Origin: Candidatus Wolfebacteria bacterium RIFCSPLOWO2_01_FULL_47_17b
GTDB lineage: Bacteria > Patescibacteriota > Minisyncoccia > UBA6257 > JAGOQP01
Assembly (NCBI GenBank): GCA_001793865.1
Contig: MGIS01000024.1
Span: 21,525-85,524 of the forward strand
Reading direction: 5' to 3'
Length of the DNA stretch: 64,000 bases
How positions within the stretch are numbered: position 1 is the first letter of the stretch; each line of letters opens with the position of its first letter. The notes under the pieces were generated by a model, which saw only the letters and a list, made by a program, of their open reading frames with translations, made no database searches and was not told where the DNA came from. Both the position numbers and the translations under genes were made by a program. Positions 39,979 through 49,211 of this stretch are shown one piece after another.

Positions 39979-40785
39979 ATGACTATTTTACTGTATGGGC
40001 CTGATACGTATTCCAGACAATGCAAGCTTGTCCAGTTTCGTGAAGGAGTCGTGAAGCGCAATCCTGATGTGGTGCAGGGCTCGTTTGATTTGAGTGAAGA
40101 TGGCACGCTGTATACGCTACACGAGTTTGCATCGGTGCGGGGGCTCTTTTCGCAAGGAAAGCGCATTGCGGTTGTGCGCGGCGCTCTTGGTTTTTTTGGC
40201 AATGAAGCTTTTGTCCGAATCGTATCCCGCGCGGCGCATGATCCAGACGTGCTTTTGCTTTTGCAGGAAGACCGGGACAGAAAATTAGACCGAAAGACGG
40301 AATCGTTCTGCAAAAAGAATGATATACAGGTGCAATATTTTGCAAAACCGACCGTTGCAACAGTGCGTACACGGGTGCAGGAGCACGCTGTATCAATCGG
40401 TGTTACGATCGATTCTCGGGCGCTTGATTTTCTGATTGAAGCGCGTGGGCAGGATATATACGCGTTAGTATCGGACATTGATAAATGGTCCGCCGTCAGC
40501 ACGAAAATCGATGTACCGTTTCTTTCAAAGACGGGCGAGTATGCTGCGGGAATAGGCGTATTCGATTTTTCTCAATCGGTGTTGTACCGAAAACCGCTTG
40601 CGGAGCGGCTCTCGCTGTTTGAGCGCGTTTCTTCACAAGGGATTGATCTATACGCGGCGTTCAACATTATCGCGAAAATGACCGCTTCCAAGGATCTTAT
40701 TGATTTGCTTGCCGCCGCGGATCTGAAAATAAAAAAAGGCCTTTTGGATATACAGCAAGCGATGCTTGCTGTGGTTATAGATTAG
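39979..40785 (+). CDS. holA: DNA polymerase III delta subunit-like
   Basis: Size/N-terminal pattern 'LLYGPDTYSRQ'; weak. Confidence 0.4.
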   Translation: MTILLYGPDTYSRQCKLVQFREGVVKRNPDVVQGSFDLSEDGTLYTLHEFASVRGLFSQGKRIAVVRGALGFFGNEAFVRIVSRAAHDPDVLLLLQEDRDRKLDRKTESFCKKNDIQVQYFAKPTVATVRTRVQEHAVSIGVTIDSRALDFLIEARGQDIYALVSDIDKWSAVSTKIDVPFLSKTGEYAAGIGVFDFSQSVLYRKPLAERLSLFERVSSQGIDLYAAFNIIAKMTASKDLIDLLAAADLKIKKGLLDIQQAMLAVVID

Positions 40786-41218
40786 GGGTTTTGGCGTAGA
40801 AGCTTGTATGGTTGAGGGGCTTTGTTTGATGTTTGTCTTTAAACGAATTCCACGCAGTGGCAAGGTTGAATAGTTGTCTCGATGTAATGTCGTAGACGGT
40901 GATGAGTTCAGTGCAGAGCGAAATTTCAATCCTGTAGATATCCTTGATTTGTTCAAGTCCCACGATTGTTTCGTTGCTTTCGGCCATTGCGTCATCAAGA
41001 TATTTTTGAAACCCGCGTTTTTGATGACGTTTTGCATAACCTTCTGCGATAAGACGAGGCACAGCTTTGCATGATCGTGATAGCTGATCTTTTAAATCAT
41101 ACCTTTCGTTAAGAGGTAGTTTTGGAATAATTTTAGTCATCAAAATAACACAGGCGTTGTAGCTGTTTTTATATACTTCTAAGTCCCGAAAACTTCTTAT
41201 GGGTTTTTTTATTTCCAT
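40775..41218 (-). CDS. four-helix-bundle protein (23S rRNA IVS-protein family)
   Basis: 'FRDLEVYKNSYNACVIL...QLSRSCKAVPRLIAEGYAKRHQKRGFQKYLDDA' classic TIGR02436-type pattern. Confidence 0.8.
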   Translation of the reverse strand: MEIKKPIRSFRDLEVYKNSYNACVILMTKIIPKLPLNERYDLKDQLSRSCKAVPRLIAEGYAKRHQKRGFQKYLDDAMAESNETIVGLEQIKDIYRIEISLCTELITVYDITSRQLFNLATAWNSFKDKHQTKPLNHTSFYAKTPNL

Positions 41219-41259
41219 ACGACAACCTTTTGACGCTATACCATACTAGCGTCTATACC
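40797..41259. mobile_element. loaded copy of the 37.3-kb palindromic element carrying a four-helix-bundle gene
   Basis: Left terminus GTAGAAGCTTGTATGGT (40797-40813), right ACCATACTAGCGTCTATACC (41240-41259). Confidence 0.6.
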
Positions 41260-41531
41260 TAAGCCTTTGTAAAAGTCTTTGTATATAACCTGCTGGCCCG
41301 TGATTTAATGCGACTCGCTTTATTGCGGTGAATGAAGTTGGACTTGGATGTCTTGTCCGCGGTCTTGTACAGCTTGGTAAGCGCGGCGGCTGCTTCGTCT
41401 TTTTTCTGCGCGGCGGCAAGTTTCTTGAATTCTTTAGCGGCGCTTTTGAGGGCGGTTTTCCGCTCCAGATTGCGCTCCCGCCGGCGGATATTCTGCCGGT
41501 TCGCTTTTATGGCTGATTTCGTGTTTGGCAT
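41259..41531 (-). CDS. rpsT: 30S ribosomal protein S20
   Basis: 'MPNTKSAIKANRQNIRRRERN' typical S20. Confidence 0.85.
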   Translation of the reverse strand: MPNTKSAIKANRQNIRRRERNLERKTALKSAAKEFKKLAAAQKKDEAAAALTKLYKTADKTSKSNFIHRNKASRIKSRASRLYTKTFTKA

Positions 41532-41599
41532 GATACGCGTGATAGTAGCATGACAATTTTATAAAATCAAGCTACACATGTTTCTTTGCGGTCAAGATT

Positions 41600-41720
41600 T
41601 AATATATTTAATTTTTAATTTTGACTTTCGAATTTCGAATCAATTTTTAATGATTGAATTTTCAAAATTAATACATTCGAGCTTGATTCGAAATTCAAAA
41701 TTAGAAATTCGAAATTATTA
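41600..41720. repeat. AT-rich GAATTTCGAAT-type palindromic intergenic repeat, copy D
   Basis: Near-identical to copy E including upstream 'tatatttaatttttaattttga'. Confidence 0.7.
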
Positions 41721-41762
41721 TTGATTTTGATACGGTGTATGGAATGCGGTATACTACTACAT

Positions 41763-42344
41763 ATGTTATATTCACTCAGCGGAGTCATAACCCACATCCG
41801 AGATGATTTTTTTGTGCTAGAAACAGCGGGAATAGGGTTTCGCATTCGCGCCACGCAGGGACTTCGCCAAAAAGCAGTTGTCGGGAAGAATTTATCCATT
41901 TTTTGTAACTGGCAGGTGGAGCAGGGCGATATATATGGCTTTGAGGCTTCGGAGGAGCTTTCGCTTTTTGAAACGCTCATTATGGTGTCGGGAGTAGGGC
42001 CGAAAATGGCGCTGAAACTTCTCAATAGCATGCCCGCCGCGCAGCTAGCGTCATTAATTCTGCTTGAGAAGCGTGACGATCTTTCGAATTTTTCGGGTAT
42101 AAGCGAAAAAACCGCGTCCAAGATCATTATTGAGCTTAAAGAAAAACTTCGAAAAAGCTCATTTTCCAAGACTTCTGATACTGCCCGCTCGCTTGAGCTT
42201 GAGGAACTTTTACGGATGTTGGGGTATGCCCACAAAGACATTGAGGCGGTGTGCAAGGATATGGACACACGTACCGGTAAGATTGAAGTTCACCTTAAGA
42301 ACGCGTTGAAGGAGCTATCAAAGAACAAACTTCGAAAAGTATGA
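41763..42344 (+). CDS. ruvA: Holliday junction DNA helicase RuvA
   Basis: OB-fold N-terminus, HhH 'GVGPKMALKLL'; ORF-track start 41721 lies in repeat. Confidence 0.8.
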   Translation: MLYSLSGVITHIRDDFFVLETAGIGFRIRATQGLRQKAVVGKNLSIFCNWQVEQGDIYGFEASEELSLFETLIMVSGVGPKMALKLLNSMPAAQLASLILLEKRDDLSNFSGISEKTASKIIIELKEKLRKSSFSKTSDTARSLELEELLRMLGYAHKDIEAVCKDMDTRTGKIEVHLKNALKELSKNKLRKV

Positions 42345-43564
42345 TGTTATTTGTGTATTCACTGTACCATTTGCTATGGAGCGTTGTGGGGGCATTTTTA
42401 TACCGGCATCCTTCCAGGAAATTGTGCGTGATTGGCGTTACCGGCACCAAGGGAAAATCAACAACGCTTGCGCTCTTATCGCATATTTTTTCATACGCAG
42501 GCAAAAAGACGGCGCTCGTGTCTTCTTCGTACGTGCAGATCGGCGCGCGCACCGAACGGAATGAGTCCGGCAATTCCATGCCCGGCAGGTTTTTTTTGCA
42601 GAGGTTTTTGCACCGCGCGCACAAAGAGGGATGTGAGTATGTATTTTTGGAGGTAACGTCGCAGGGGGTGTTGCAGCACCGGCATCGCTTCATTCATTGG
42701 GACAGTGCGGTGTTTTTGGATATCCATCCCGAGCACATTGAAGCGCACGGGTCGTTTCGGAATTATCTGCGCGCGAAAGTATCCTTTTTCACCTATGTAG
42801 CGAAATTTACTTTAAAAAAGCCAACTTTTTTTGCTTACGCGCATGATCCCCACACGCATGCATTCGAGTACGCGGCTCGGCCGTATCCGGTCACGCTTTT
42901 TTCAGAGTCGGTTATACGCGAGAAAAAGATTGAGATTCCCGAAACACTTCCCGGAGACTTTAATCGGATTAACGTTGCGGCGGCGTATGCGATTGCCCGC
43001 ACGCATGGTATTTCGGGTGCCGAGGTTCGCGAAGCGATCGCTTCATTCCCCGGCTTGCTTGGGCGTATGACAATTGTTTCGAAACGTCCTGTGTATGCAG
43101 TTGTGGATTACGCGCATACTCCCGATTCCCTGCAGGCAGTGTATGAATTTTTAAACTCAAAACTCAAAACTCAAAACTCAAAACTCATATGTGTTCTGGG
43201 GGCTGCGGGTGGAGGACGAGACAAATGGAAGCGGCCGATTATGGGCGGCGTCGCGGGACGTTATTGCTCTACTATTATTCTGACAAATGAAGATCCCTAT
43301 AATGAAGATCCGAAAAAAATTATGTATGATGTGGAAAGGGGAATACGGGAGAGCAATTTCATCGGTGAGCTGCACATCATAGAAGATCGAATGATGGCGA
43401 TTATGAAAGCAATATCGCTTGCCACAGACGGGGATACACTCGTGTGTACCGGTAAAGGGGCCGAAGGCTCCATACATATCGCGGGAGGAAAAAAAATTCC
43501 TTGGTCGGAGAGCGAGTTTGTGTTTACGGAATTACAACGACAGGGAAAATATTACAAAACGTGA
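42341..43564 (+). CDS. murE: Mur ligase family protein (MurE-like UDP-N-acetylmuramoyl-tripeptide ligase)
   Basis: P-loop 'GVTGTKGKSTT', Mur ligase middle and C domains. Confidence 0.6.
   Translation: MMLFVYSLYHLLWSVVGAFLYRHPSRKLCVIGVTGTKGKSTTLALLSHIFSYAGKKTALVSSSYVQIGARTERNESGNSMPGRFFLQRFLHRAHKEGCEYVFLEVTSQGVLQHRHRFIHWDSAVFLDIHPEHIEAHGSFRNYLRAKVSFFTYVAKFTLKKPTFFAYAHDPHTHAFEYAARPYPVTLFSESVIREKKIEIPETLPGDFNRINVAAAYAIARTHGISGAEVREAIASFPGLLGRMTIVSKRPVYAVVDYAHTPDSLQAVYEFLNSKLKTQNSKLICVLGAAGGGRDKWKRPIMGGVAGRYCSTIILTNEDPYNEDPKKIMYDVERGIRESNFIGELHIIEDRMMAIMKAISLATDGDTLVCTGKGAEGSIHIAGGKKIPWSESEFVFTELQRQGKYYKT
43153..43187. repeat. heptanucleotide tandem repeat (AAACTCA)x5 inside Mur ligase CDS
   Basis: Five perfect copies, encodes 'LNSKLKTQNSKL' insertion. 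Confidence 0.9.
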
Positions 43565-43662
43565 TAGGTTAAAGGGTGTGGCAACCCGTGTCGGCGTGGG
43601 AATGGTTATACGTCAGACAAAATCCCTAGACGATACTGGTTGCGATACCTACAACTACAACT

Positions 43663-45015
43663 ATGACATTGCAATTTCTAGGCGGAGCAAAAAGCGTAAC
43701 GGGGGCGCAATACCTTTTGGAACACGAGGGAACCCGCGTACTCGTGGATTGCGGACTATTTCAAGGAGGTGCGGCAACAGAACAGCTGAATGCCGAACCG
43801 TTTGGGTTTGATCCCGCGACGGTTACGGCGCTTTTTGTGACACACTCGCATATCGATCATATGGGTCGGGTGCCCATGCTCGTGAAGAACGGGTTTCATG
43901 GAGAGATTTATTCTACGCCTCCGGCACGTGACGTGTCGCACGAACTTCTGCTTGACGCGCATTCGCTTATGACTCACCAGTTAAGTCAAGGTACCTTGCC
44001 GCTCTATGAGATTGATGATATTGATCGCGCAATGGGGCTGTGGAGGGGAGTCGCGTACCATGAGCCGTTTTCTGTTGGGCCGTTTCGAGTCGAATTTTTC
44101 AATTCCGGGCATATTCTGGGATCCGCGTGCGTGCGCATTGAGGCAGGAGGCAGAACGATTGTATTTTCGGGAGATCTTGGAAATTCTCCGGCGCCGCTTT
44201 TAAAGGATACCGAACGGATCGAATTTGCGGACTATGCGGTGGTAGAATCCGCGTATGGAGGGCGGGTGCACGAACCAAAAGAACAGGGCAAGCATGTATT
44301 GGAAGATCTTATTGAAGATACGGTCAGATTAAAGGGGACGCTTATGATTCCGGCGTTTGCGATGGAGCGCACGCAGGAACTATTGTATGAATTGAACGAT
44401 TTGGTGGAGCACGGGCGCATTCCGCGTATTCCTGTGTTTATTGATAGCCCCTTGGCCATCCGCCTTACGGCGGTGTACGAGAAATATATCCATGATTCTG
44501 ATTATTTTGACGAGGAAGTTCAAAGGCTTCTTGAGCGGGGTGATGAAATATTCAACTTTTCGGGACTTCGATTAACGCTAACCAAAGAGGAGTCCAAACA
44601 AATAAATGTGGTACCGTCGCCTAAGATGATTATTGCAGGGGCCGGAAATTCGCAGGGAGGGCGGATTTTGCATCATGAACGCAGATATTTATCCGATCCA
44701 AACAGTACGCTCCTTTTTGTCGGATATCAGACCGAGGGATCGTTGGGTAGGCGCATTCTTGACGGTGTTACGGAGGTGACGATTATGAGTGAAAAAATCC
44801 CGGTTCGCGCGCGGGTACAAGAAATCGAATCATTCTCGGCGCACGCGGACCAGCCGCAGTTGGTGGGATGGATTAAGTCGATGCGCGCTTCTCTAAAAAA
44901 GGTATTTGTGGTGCAAGGTGAGGAAGAACAAAGTGAAGCGCTCGCGCACAAGATTTCGGATGAGTTGGCGGTGGACGCTGTCGTTCCGGAGCGCGGTGGT
45001 ATATATGAGCTTTGA
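43663..45015 (+). CDS. MBL-fold beta-CASP family RNA-metabolising hydrolase
   Basis: 'HSHIDHMGRVPML' HxHxDH motif, beta-CASP and RMMBL-like C-terminus. Confidence 0.7.
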   Translation: MTLQFLGGAKSVTGAQYLLEHEGTRVLVDCGLFQGGAATEQLNAEPFGFDPATVTALFVTHSHIDHMGRVPMLVKNGFHGEIYSTPPARDVSHELLLDAHSLMTHQLSQGTLPLYEIDDIDRAMGLWRGVAYHEPFSVGPFRVEFFNSGHILGSACVRIEAGGRTIVFSGDLGNSPAPLLKDTERIEFADYAVVESAYGGRVHEPKEQGKHVLEDLIEDTVRLKGTLMIPAFAMERTQELLYELNDLVEHGRIPRIPVFIDSPLAIRLTAVYEKYIHDSDYFDEEVQRLLERGDEIFNFSGLRLTLTKEESKQINVVPSPKMIIAGAGNSQGGRILHHERRYLSDPNSTLLFVGYQTEGSLGRRILDGVTEVTIMSEKIPVRARVQEIESFSAHADQPQLVGWIKSMRASLKKVFVVQGEEEQSEALAHKISDELAVDAVVPERGGIYEL

Positions 45016-45049
45016 TGTGCAGTGTGATATAGTTATGTATTATAGGAAT

Positions 45050-45165
45050 ATATTTAATTTTTAATTTTGATTTTCGAATTTCGATTCAATTTTAAATGAC
45101 TGAATTTCTAAAACTAATACATTCGAATTTGACTCGAAATTCAAAATTAGAAATTGGAAATTTTT
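45050..45165. repeat. AT-rich GAATTTCGAAT-type palindromic intergenic repeat, copy E
   Basis: Sequence near-identical to copies B and D. Confidence 0.7.
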
Positions 45166-45171
45166 AAACCC

Positions 45172-45804
45172 ATGCAACGAGGAACTAAAACGCCCAAAAA
45201 AATAGAAACCCATCTGTCGAATAACCTAGAGCCCCTTACCTGTTCGATTGATACCAAATACAAGATATGTGTCTCGGGGGCCGCGGATACGACGTATTGC
45301 GGAGATAAGGCGTTTGATGTGGCTATGGAGCTTGGGCGTGAAATCGTTCGCCACCAAGCGGTGCTTGTGGATGGTGCTACAACGGGGTTTCCTTTCTGGG
45401 CTTCGAAGGGGGCTAAAGAAGAGGGAGGTATGGTCATTGGGTTTTCGCCCGCCGCGACCGAGCTTGAACACATAAAATCATACCGTCTGCCGATCGAATA
45501 CCATGATGTCATCGTGTATACCGGATCAAACTACTCCGGCCGCAATCTCCAGCTGACTCGTTCGGCTGACGCGGTTATCATCGGATGCGGGCGGTTGGGC
45601 ACGTTGAACGAATTTACGATCGCGTTTGAAGACCAGAAGCCCATTGGGGTTTTAGAGGGCGCGTGGGAAATGGATGATCTTATCAAGGAGATCATTGCCA
45701 AGGGGCACCGAGGCCCCGGGAAGATTGTGTATGCGCAGTCGCCAAAGGAGCTTTTAGACAAGCTTGTTGAGCTTATCGAAAAAGAGAAAGGAAATGTGGA
45801 ATAA
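45172..45804 (+). CDS. TIGR00725/LOG-like Rossmann-fold protein
   Basis: 'KICVSGAADTTYCGDKAFDVAMELGREIV' SLOG-type N-terminus. Confidence 0.45.
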   Translation: MQRGTKTPKKIETHLSNNLEPLTCSIDTKYKICVSGAADTTYCGDKAFDVAMELGREIVRHQAVLVDGATTGFPFWASKGAKEEGGMVIGFSPAATELEHIKSYRLPIEYHDVIVYTGSNYSGRNLQLTRSADAVIIGCGRLGTLNEFTIAFEDQKPIGVLEGAWEMDDLIKEIIAKGHRGPGKIVYAQSPKELLDKLVELIEKEKGNVE

Positions 45805-46987
45805 AACGGTACTTCCTATATCTCTGCTTGCCGGTACCGTTATTGGTGCCGGAGTATTTTCACTTCCGTATGTATTCAAAACGACCGGATTTTGGCTGAG
45901 CGTCGCGTATGGCGCTCTTTTTTGTTGTGTGGCAATCAGTACCTTTCTGATGTACGCGGATCTTCTGCGACAGCATCCGGGGATGCGGTATGTGGGGCTT
46001 ATGCGCTCATACTTCGGTGCGCGGGGGTATTATATGTCGTTTTTGCTGGACACGGTCCAGCTTTTTTTGGCGCTCACGGTATATGTGGTTCTTTCCGAAA
46101 GTTTTTTGCGGCTCATCCTACCGGGGTACAGCGGAGGCGTGTACGCGATTGGATTCTGGCTTCTGGGATCACTGGCGCTTTTTGTCCGTAATAAAAAAGA
46201 GGCGCTGGAAGAATTTTTTGCCTTGCTGGGGGTGCTTATTATTATGCTCGTCATCGCGATTCTTGGTATAAAAGGATTTGTGCAGTCGGGCATAGCGGAT
46301 CAACCTTTTTCGTACGAATTCATATTCCTTCCGTTCGGGGCGCTTTTATTTTCGTTCAGCGGCCGATCGGTCATACCCGATCTTGTTTCGCTTACGCGAG
46401 GAAATCGGCGTGTTCTGAAACGATCAATCATTGCAGGCATCAGTATTCCGCTTGTACTGTATCTGCTTTTTGTCGTGGGAGTGCTGGGGCTCAGTTCGGA
46501 GGTCTCATCGGACGCGGTTACTGGGCTTCTGGGGCAGGTATACCCCTCTCTTTTGATCTGTATCGGTGTGCTTGGAGCACTTACGCTGTGGAGTTCGTAT
46601 GTGGCGATAGGAGAAAATATCCGCAGGACGCTTGCGGGAGATGTCGGTATTCCGAAGTACATGGCGGGACTTTTTGTGGTCATGGTACCGATTATTCTGT
46701 TCGCGTTTGGATTGCAGAATTTTATCGTGCTCATCGCTTTAATCGGAGGACTTTTGACCGCGACCGAATGGGCGTGTGTTGCCTTGATGTGGCGGAAGTC
46801 GTTTAAGAGAGATTCTATAATGCGAATGCCGCGAATGCAGAATGCGAATGCCGCGAAAGAAGCTGTCATTCCTGCGGAAGCAGGAATCCATTTGCTATTG
46901 CCGCGTTTCTCGTACCCGCTTTTCCTCGGGGTTTTAGGCGTGCTTTCTATCGCGTTCGTGTACACGCTTGTTGAGTTTGTGTTTTAA
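45764..46987 (+). CDS. polytopic membrane transporter, amino-acid-permease-like
   Basis: ~11 TM helices; contains 15-nt tandem duplicate 'AATGCGAATGCCGCG' near 3' end. Confidence 0.4.
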   Translation: MLSLSKKRKEMWNKTVLPISLLAGTVIGAGVFSLPYVFKTTGFWLSVAYGALFCCVAISTFLMYADLLRQHPGMRYVGLMRSYFGARGYYMSFLLDTVQLFLALTVYVVLSESFLRLILPGYSGGVYAIGFWLLGSLALFVRNKKEALEEFFALLGVLIIMLVIAILGIKGFVQSGIADQPFSYEFIFLPFGALLFSFSGRSVIPDLVSLTRGNRRVLKRSIIAGISIPLVLYLLFVVGVLGLSSEVSSDAVTGLLGQVYPSLLICIGVLGALTLWSSYVAIGENIRRTLAGDVGIPKYMAGLFVVMVPIILFAFGLQNFIVLIALIGGLLTATEWACVALMWRKSFKRDSIMRMPRMQNANAAKEAVIPAEAGIHLLLPRFSYPLFLGVLGVLSIAFVYTLVEFVF

Positions 46988-46996
46988 AGTTATATA

Positions 46997-48487
46997 ATGA
47001 ATATAATGCGAATGTTACGAAATCGGAGCCCAAAGCTCGTAAGGTTTGGCCTTGGTTTGCGAAGGCCGAACCTTGGTTTTACGAGCTTTGGATGTAAGAA
47101 TTCTTTCACCCTGATTGAGCTCCTCATCGTCATAGGCATCCTCGCCATCCTCACCGCCGCAGTCGTCATCCTCCTCAACCCAGCAGAAATGCTCAAAAAA
47201 GGACGGGATGGTACCCGTATGCAGGACATTGCTTCGCTTGATACAACCATATCACTTCTTGAAACACAGGTATCCAATCTTGATCTGGGCATCGCCCAAA
47301 CCCTCTATATATCCATTCCCGATCCATCCCTATCAGGATCATCTACATCCACCTGTTCCTCACTTGGACTTCCAACACTTCCGAGCGGTTATACCTACCA
47401 CTGCGTATCCCAAGACAATCTCCGAAACGTAGATGGTACTGGCTGGCTCCCCGTGGACTTTACCCAATCGGGCATCACCTCTCTTCCCGCGCTTCCCATC
47501 GATCCTACCAACAGCACCTCTACAGGTCTTTTCTATCGCTACATACCCGGAGGCAGTTATCACTTGGAAGCACTACTTGAATCAAACAGCTATCTAGCTA
47601 CCGCTCAAAGTGATGGTGGCTCTTCTCCCTCTGCATTTGAAAAAGGATCCAACCTTACTCTTATGCCTCCCACCTTTCCTACCGGCTATGTGAAAGTACC
47701 AGGCAACTCAACCTTCGGTACCTCTGATTTCTATGTCATGCAGTATGAGGCGAAGTGTTTTGATGAAAACAACCAACCTCTTCCCTATACCACCGGAGAT
47801 GGAGGTGAGGGAGCAACGTACAACATATATCGAGACCTTTCATTCCCCTGCACATCCGCAAACAACAAGTATGTAGGATCCGCACCCACCGGAGCTCCTA
47901 TTACCCGCGTATCCCAAACAAACGCAATTGCCCGATGTGAAGCATCGGGTGCACATCTCATCACCAATAATGAATGGCAGACCATCGCGTGGAACATACA
48001 AAATAACGCAGTCAACTGGAGCGGCGGATCGGTGGGATCTGGTACCGTACCTCGTGGAAATTCAAACACGTCCGCGGCCATGAGTGACGCCTCTACATTG
48101 AGCGGAGTCAATTATCGAAAGCACATACTTTCAAACGGAAATGAGGTGTGGGATATGGCAGGAAATGTCTGGGATTGGACAAGCGATACCATTGTGGGAA
48201 CTAACAAACCCGCAGGCACGGCAGGTTCGTGGGTTGAATTTACCGCCGTATCAAATTACGGGACACTCTCCCGCTCACAGTTTGGTCCCGTTGACAGCTC
48301 GTGGAGTGCTACGCAAGGTCTTGGTCGCTACTATATGGGAACCGCCGATGGAACAACTTACGCCTTTCTACGCGGCGGCGATTGGGGTGATAGCACGAAC
48401 GCGGGGGTTGAGACGCTGTACCTGACCTACACGCCGGGCTATACGGAGAAGCTACATCGGGTTCCGTTGCGCGAGGTAGTCGTGTAG
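46997..48487 (+). CDS. DGR target protein: type IV pilin-like N-terminus plus C-terminal C-type-lectin/FGE-fold variable region
   Basis: Prepilin-type helix 'FTLIELLIVIGILAILTAAVVILL'; C-terminal VR (48360-48480) matches TR with A-specific differences. Confidence 0.8.
   Translation: MNIMRMLRNRSPKLVRFGLGLRRPNLGFTSFGCKNSFTLIELLIVIGILAILTAAVVILLNPAEMLKKGRDGTRMQDIASLDTTISLLETQVSNLDLGIAQTLYISIPDPSLSGSSTSTCSSLGLPTLPSGYTYHCVSQDNLRNVDGTGWLPVDFTQSGITSLPALPIDPTNSTSTGLFYRYIPGGSYHLEALLESNSYLATAQSDGGSSPSAFEKGSNLTLMPPTFPTGYVKVPGNSTFGTSDFYVMQYEAKCFDENNQPLPYTTGDGGEGATYNIYRDLSFPCTSANNKYVGSAPTGAPITRVSQTNAIARCEASGAHLITNNEWQTIAWNIQNNAVNWSGGSVGSGTVPRGNSNTSAAMSDASTLSGVNYRKHILSNGNEVWDMAGNVWDWTSDTIVGTNKPAGTAGSWVEFTAVSNYGTLSRSQFGPVDSSWSATQGLGRYYMGTADGTTYAFLRGGDWGDSTNAGVETLYLTYTPGYTEKLHRVPLREVVV
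48360..48480 (+). repeat. DGR variable repeat (VR)
   Basis: ~120 nt aligned to TR 48942-49060; about 10 of about 13 mismatches at TR adenines. Confidence 0.8.
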
Positions 48488-48496
48488 CAACCCCGC

Positions 48497-48526
48497 ACCA
48501 GAGCGAAGCTCGGTGCGGGGCGCAGT
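48497..48526. other. GC-rich hairpin CCCCGCACC-N-GGTGCGGGG immediately 3' of VR
   Basis: 9-10-bp perfect stem; position analogous to DGR homing hairpin. Confidence 0.5.
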
Positions 48527-48556
48527 CTGAAATCTCTCCTCTCGATCAAACAACAT

Positions 48557-48928
48557 ATGTTGCAAAATCTTGTCATCTACCAAAAGACGTATGATCTGCT
48601 GCTCTGGCTGTATCCGGTTGTAAATAAATTTCCCAAAAGCCAGCGGTTCGTGCTCGGACAGCATATTGAAAACAAAGCGCTTGATCTGCTGCAGCTTTTG
48701 ATCCGCGCGCAAGCGGCAATGGACAAGAAAACATATTTGCGGGGCATAAGCATTGCATTGGACGAACTGCGCACACTCGTGCGTTTGGCAAAAGATCTCA
48801 AGTTTATGCAATTGAAACAATATGAACAGGCGGCGGATAGGCTGAATGAGATTGCGAAACTACTCTGCGGACTTATGAAAAGGTTTATTCCGGAGTATAC
48901 TGAGAGCGCTTATCAAAAGCAGGGGTAA
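48557..48928 (+). CDS. avd: DGR accessory variability determinant (Avd), four-helix-bundle protein
   Basis: 123 aa helical, Avd/four-helix-bundle pattern, between target and TR/RT. Confidence 0.75.
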   Translation: MLQNLVIYQKTYDLLLWLYPVVNKFPKSQRFVLGQHIENKALDLLQLLIRAQAAMDKKTYLRGISIALDELRTLVRLAKDLKFMQLKQYEQAADRLNEIAKLLCGLMKRFIPEYTESAYQKQG

Positions 48929-48941
48929 GACTGCACAATGG

Positions 48942-49060
48942 ACGCCTTTCAACGCGGCGGCGATTGGAATAATAGCACGAACGCGGGGGTTGAGACGCTG
49001 AACCTGAACAACACGCCGGGCAATACGAACAACAACATCGGGTTCCGTTGCGCGAGGTAC
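48942..49060 (+). repeat. DGR template repeat (TR)
   Basis: Adenine-rich relative to VR (AAC/AAT codons). Confidence 0.8.
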
Positions 49061-49211
49061 TCATTACTTTTTGGCCCGAATGAAGCGTGTACGCACACTT
49101 CATCTGAGCCGGACGACTACTGCCTTATTCCTTCTCCAAAAGAGTAAATACACATCCCATTCTCCGCGCTGTTGCATATGCTCCGGCGCGGAGGTGGAGG
49201 GATGTTTTATT

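Noticed and set aside
46800-46860. Repeated 'AATGCGAATGCCGCG' inside transporter gene 3' end
   Set aside because: It is a single 15-nt in-frame duplication (encoding MRMPRMQNANAAK), too short to call a repeat element.
48938-49147. 69-aa ORF 'MDAFQRGGDWNNSTNAGVETLNLNNTPGNTNNN...'
   Set aside because: This is the DGR template repeat read in the VR frame. The Asn-rich translation reflects adenine-rich TR, not a gene.
49071-49211. Upstream extension of the RT ORF (MARMKRVRTLHLSRTT...)
   Set aside because: It overlaps the TR and has an odd Cys/Ser-rich composition. The conserved RT begins near Met at 49212, so the extension is most likely non-coding TR-flanking sequence.
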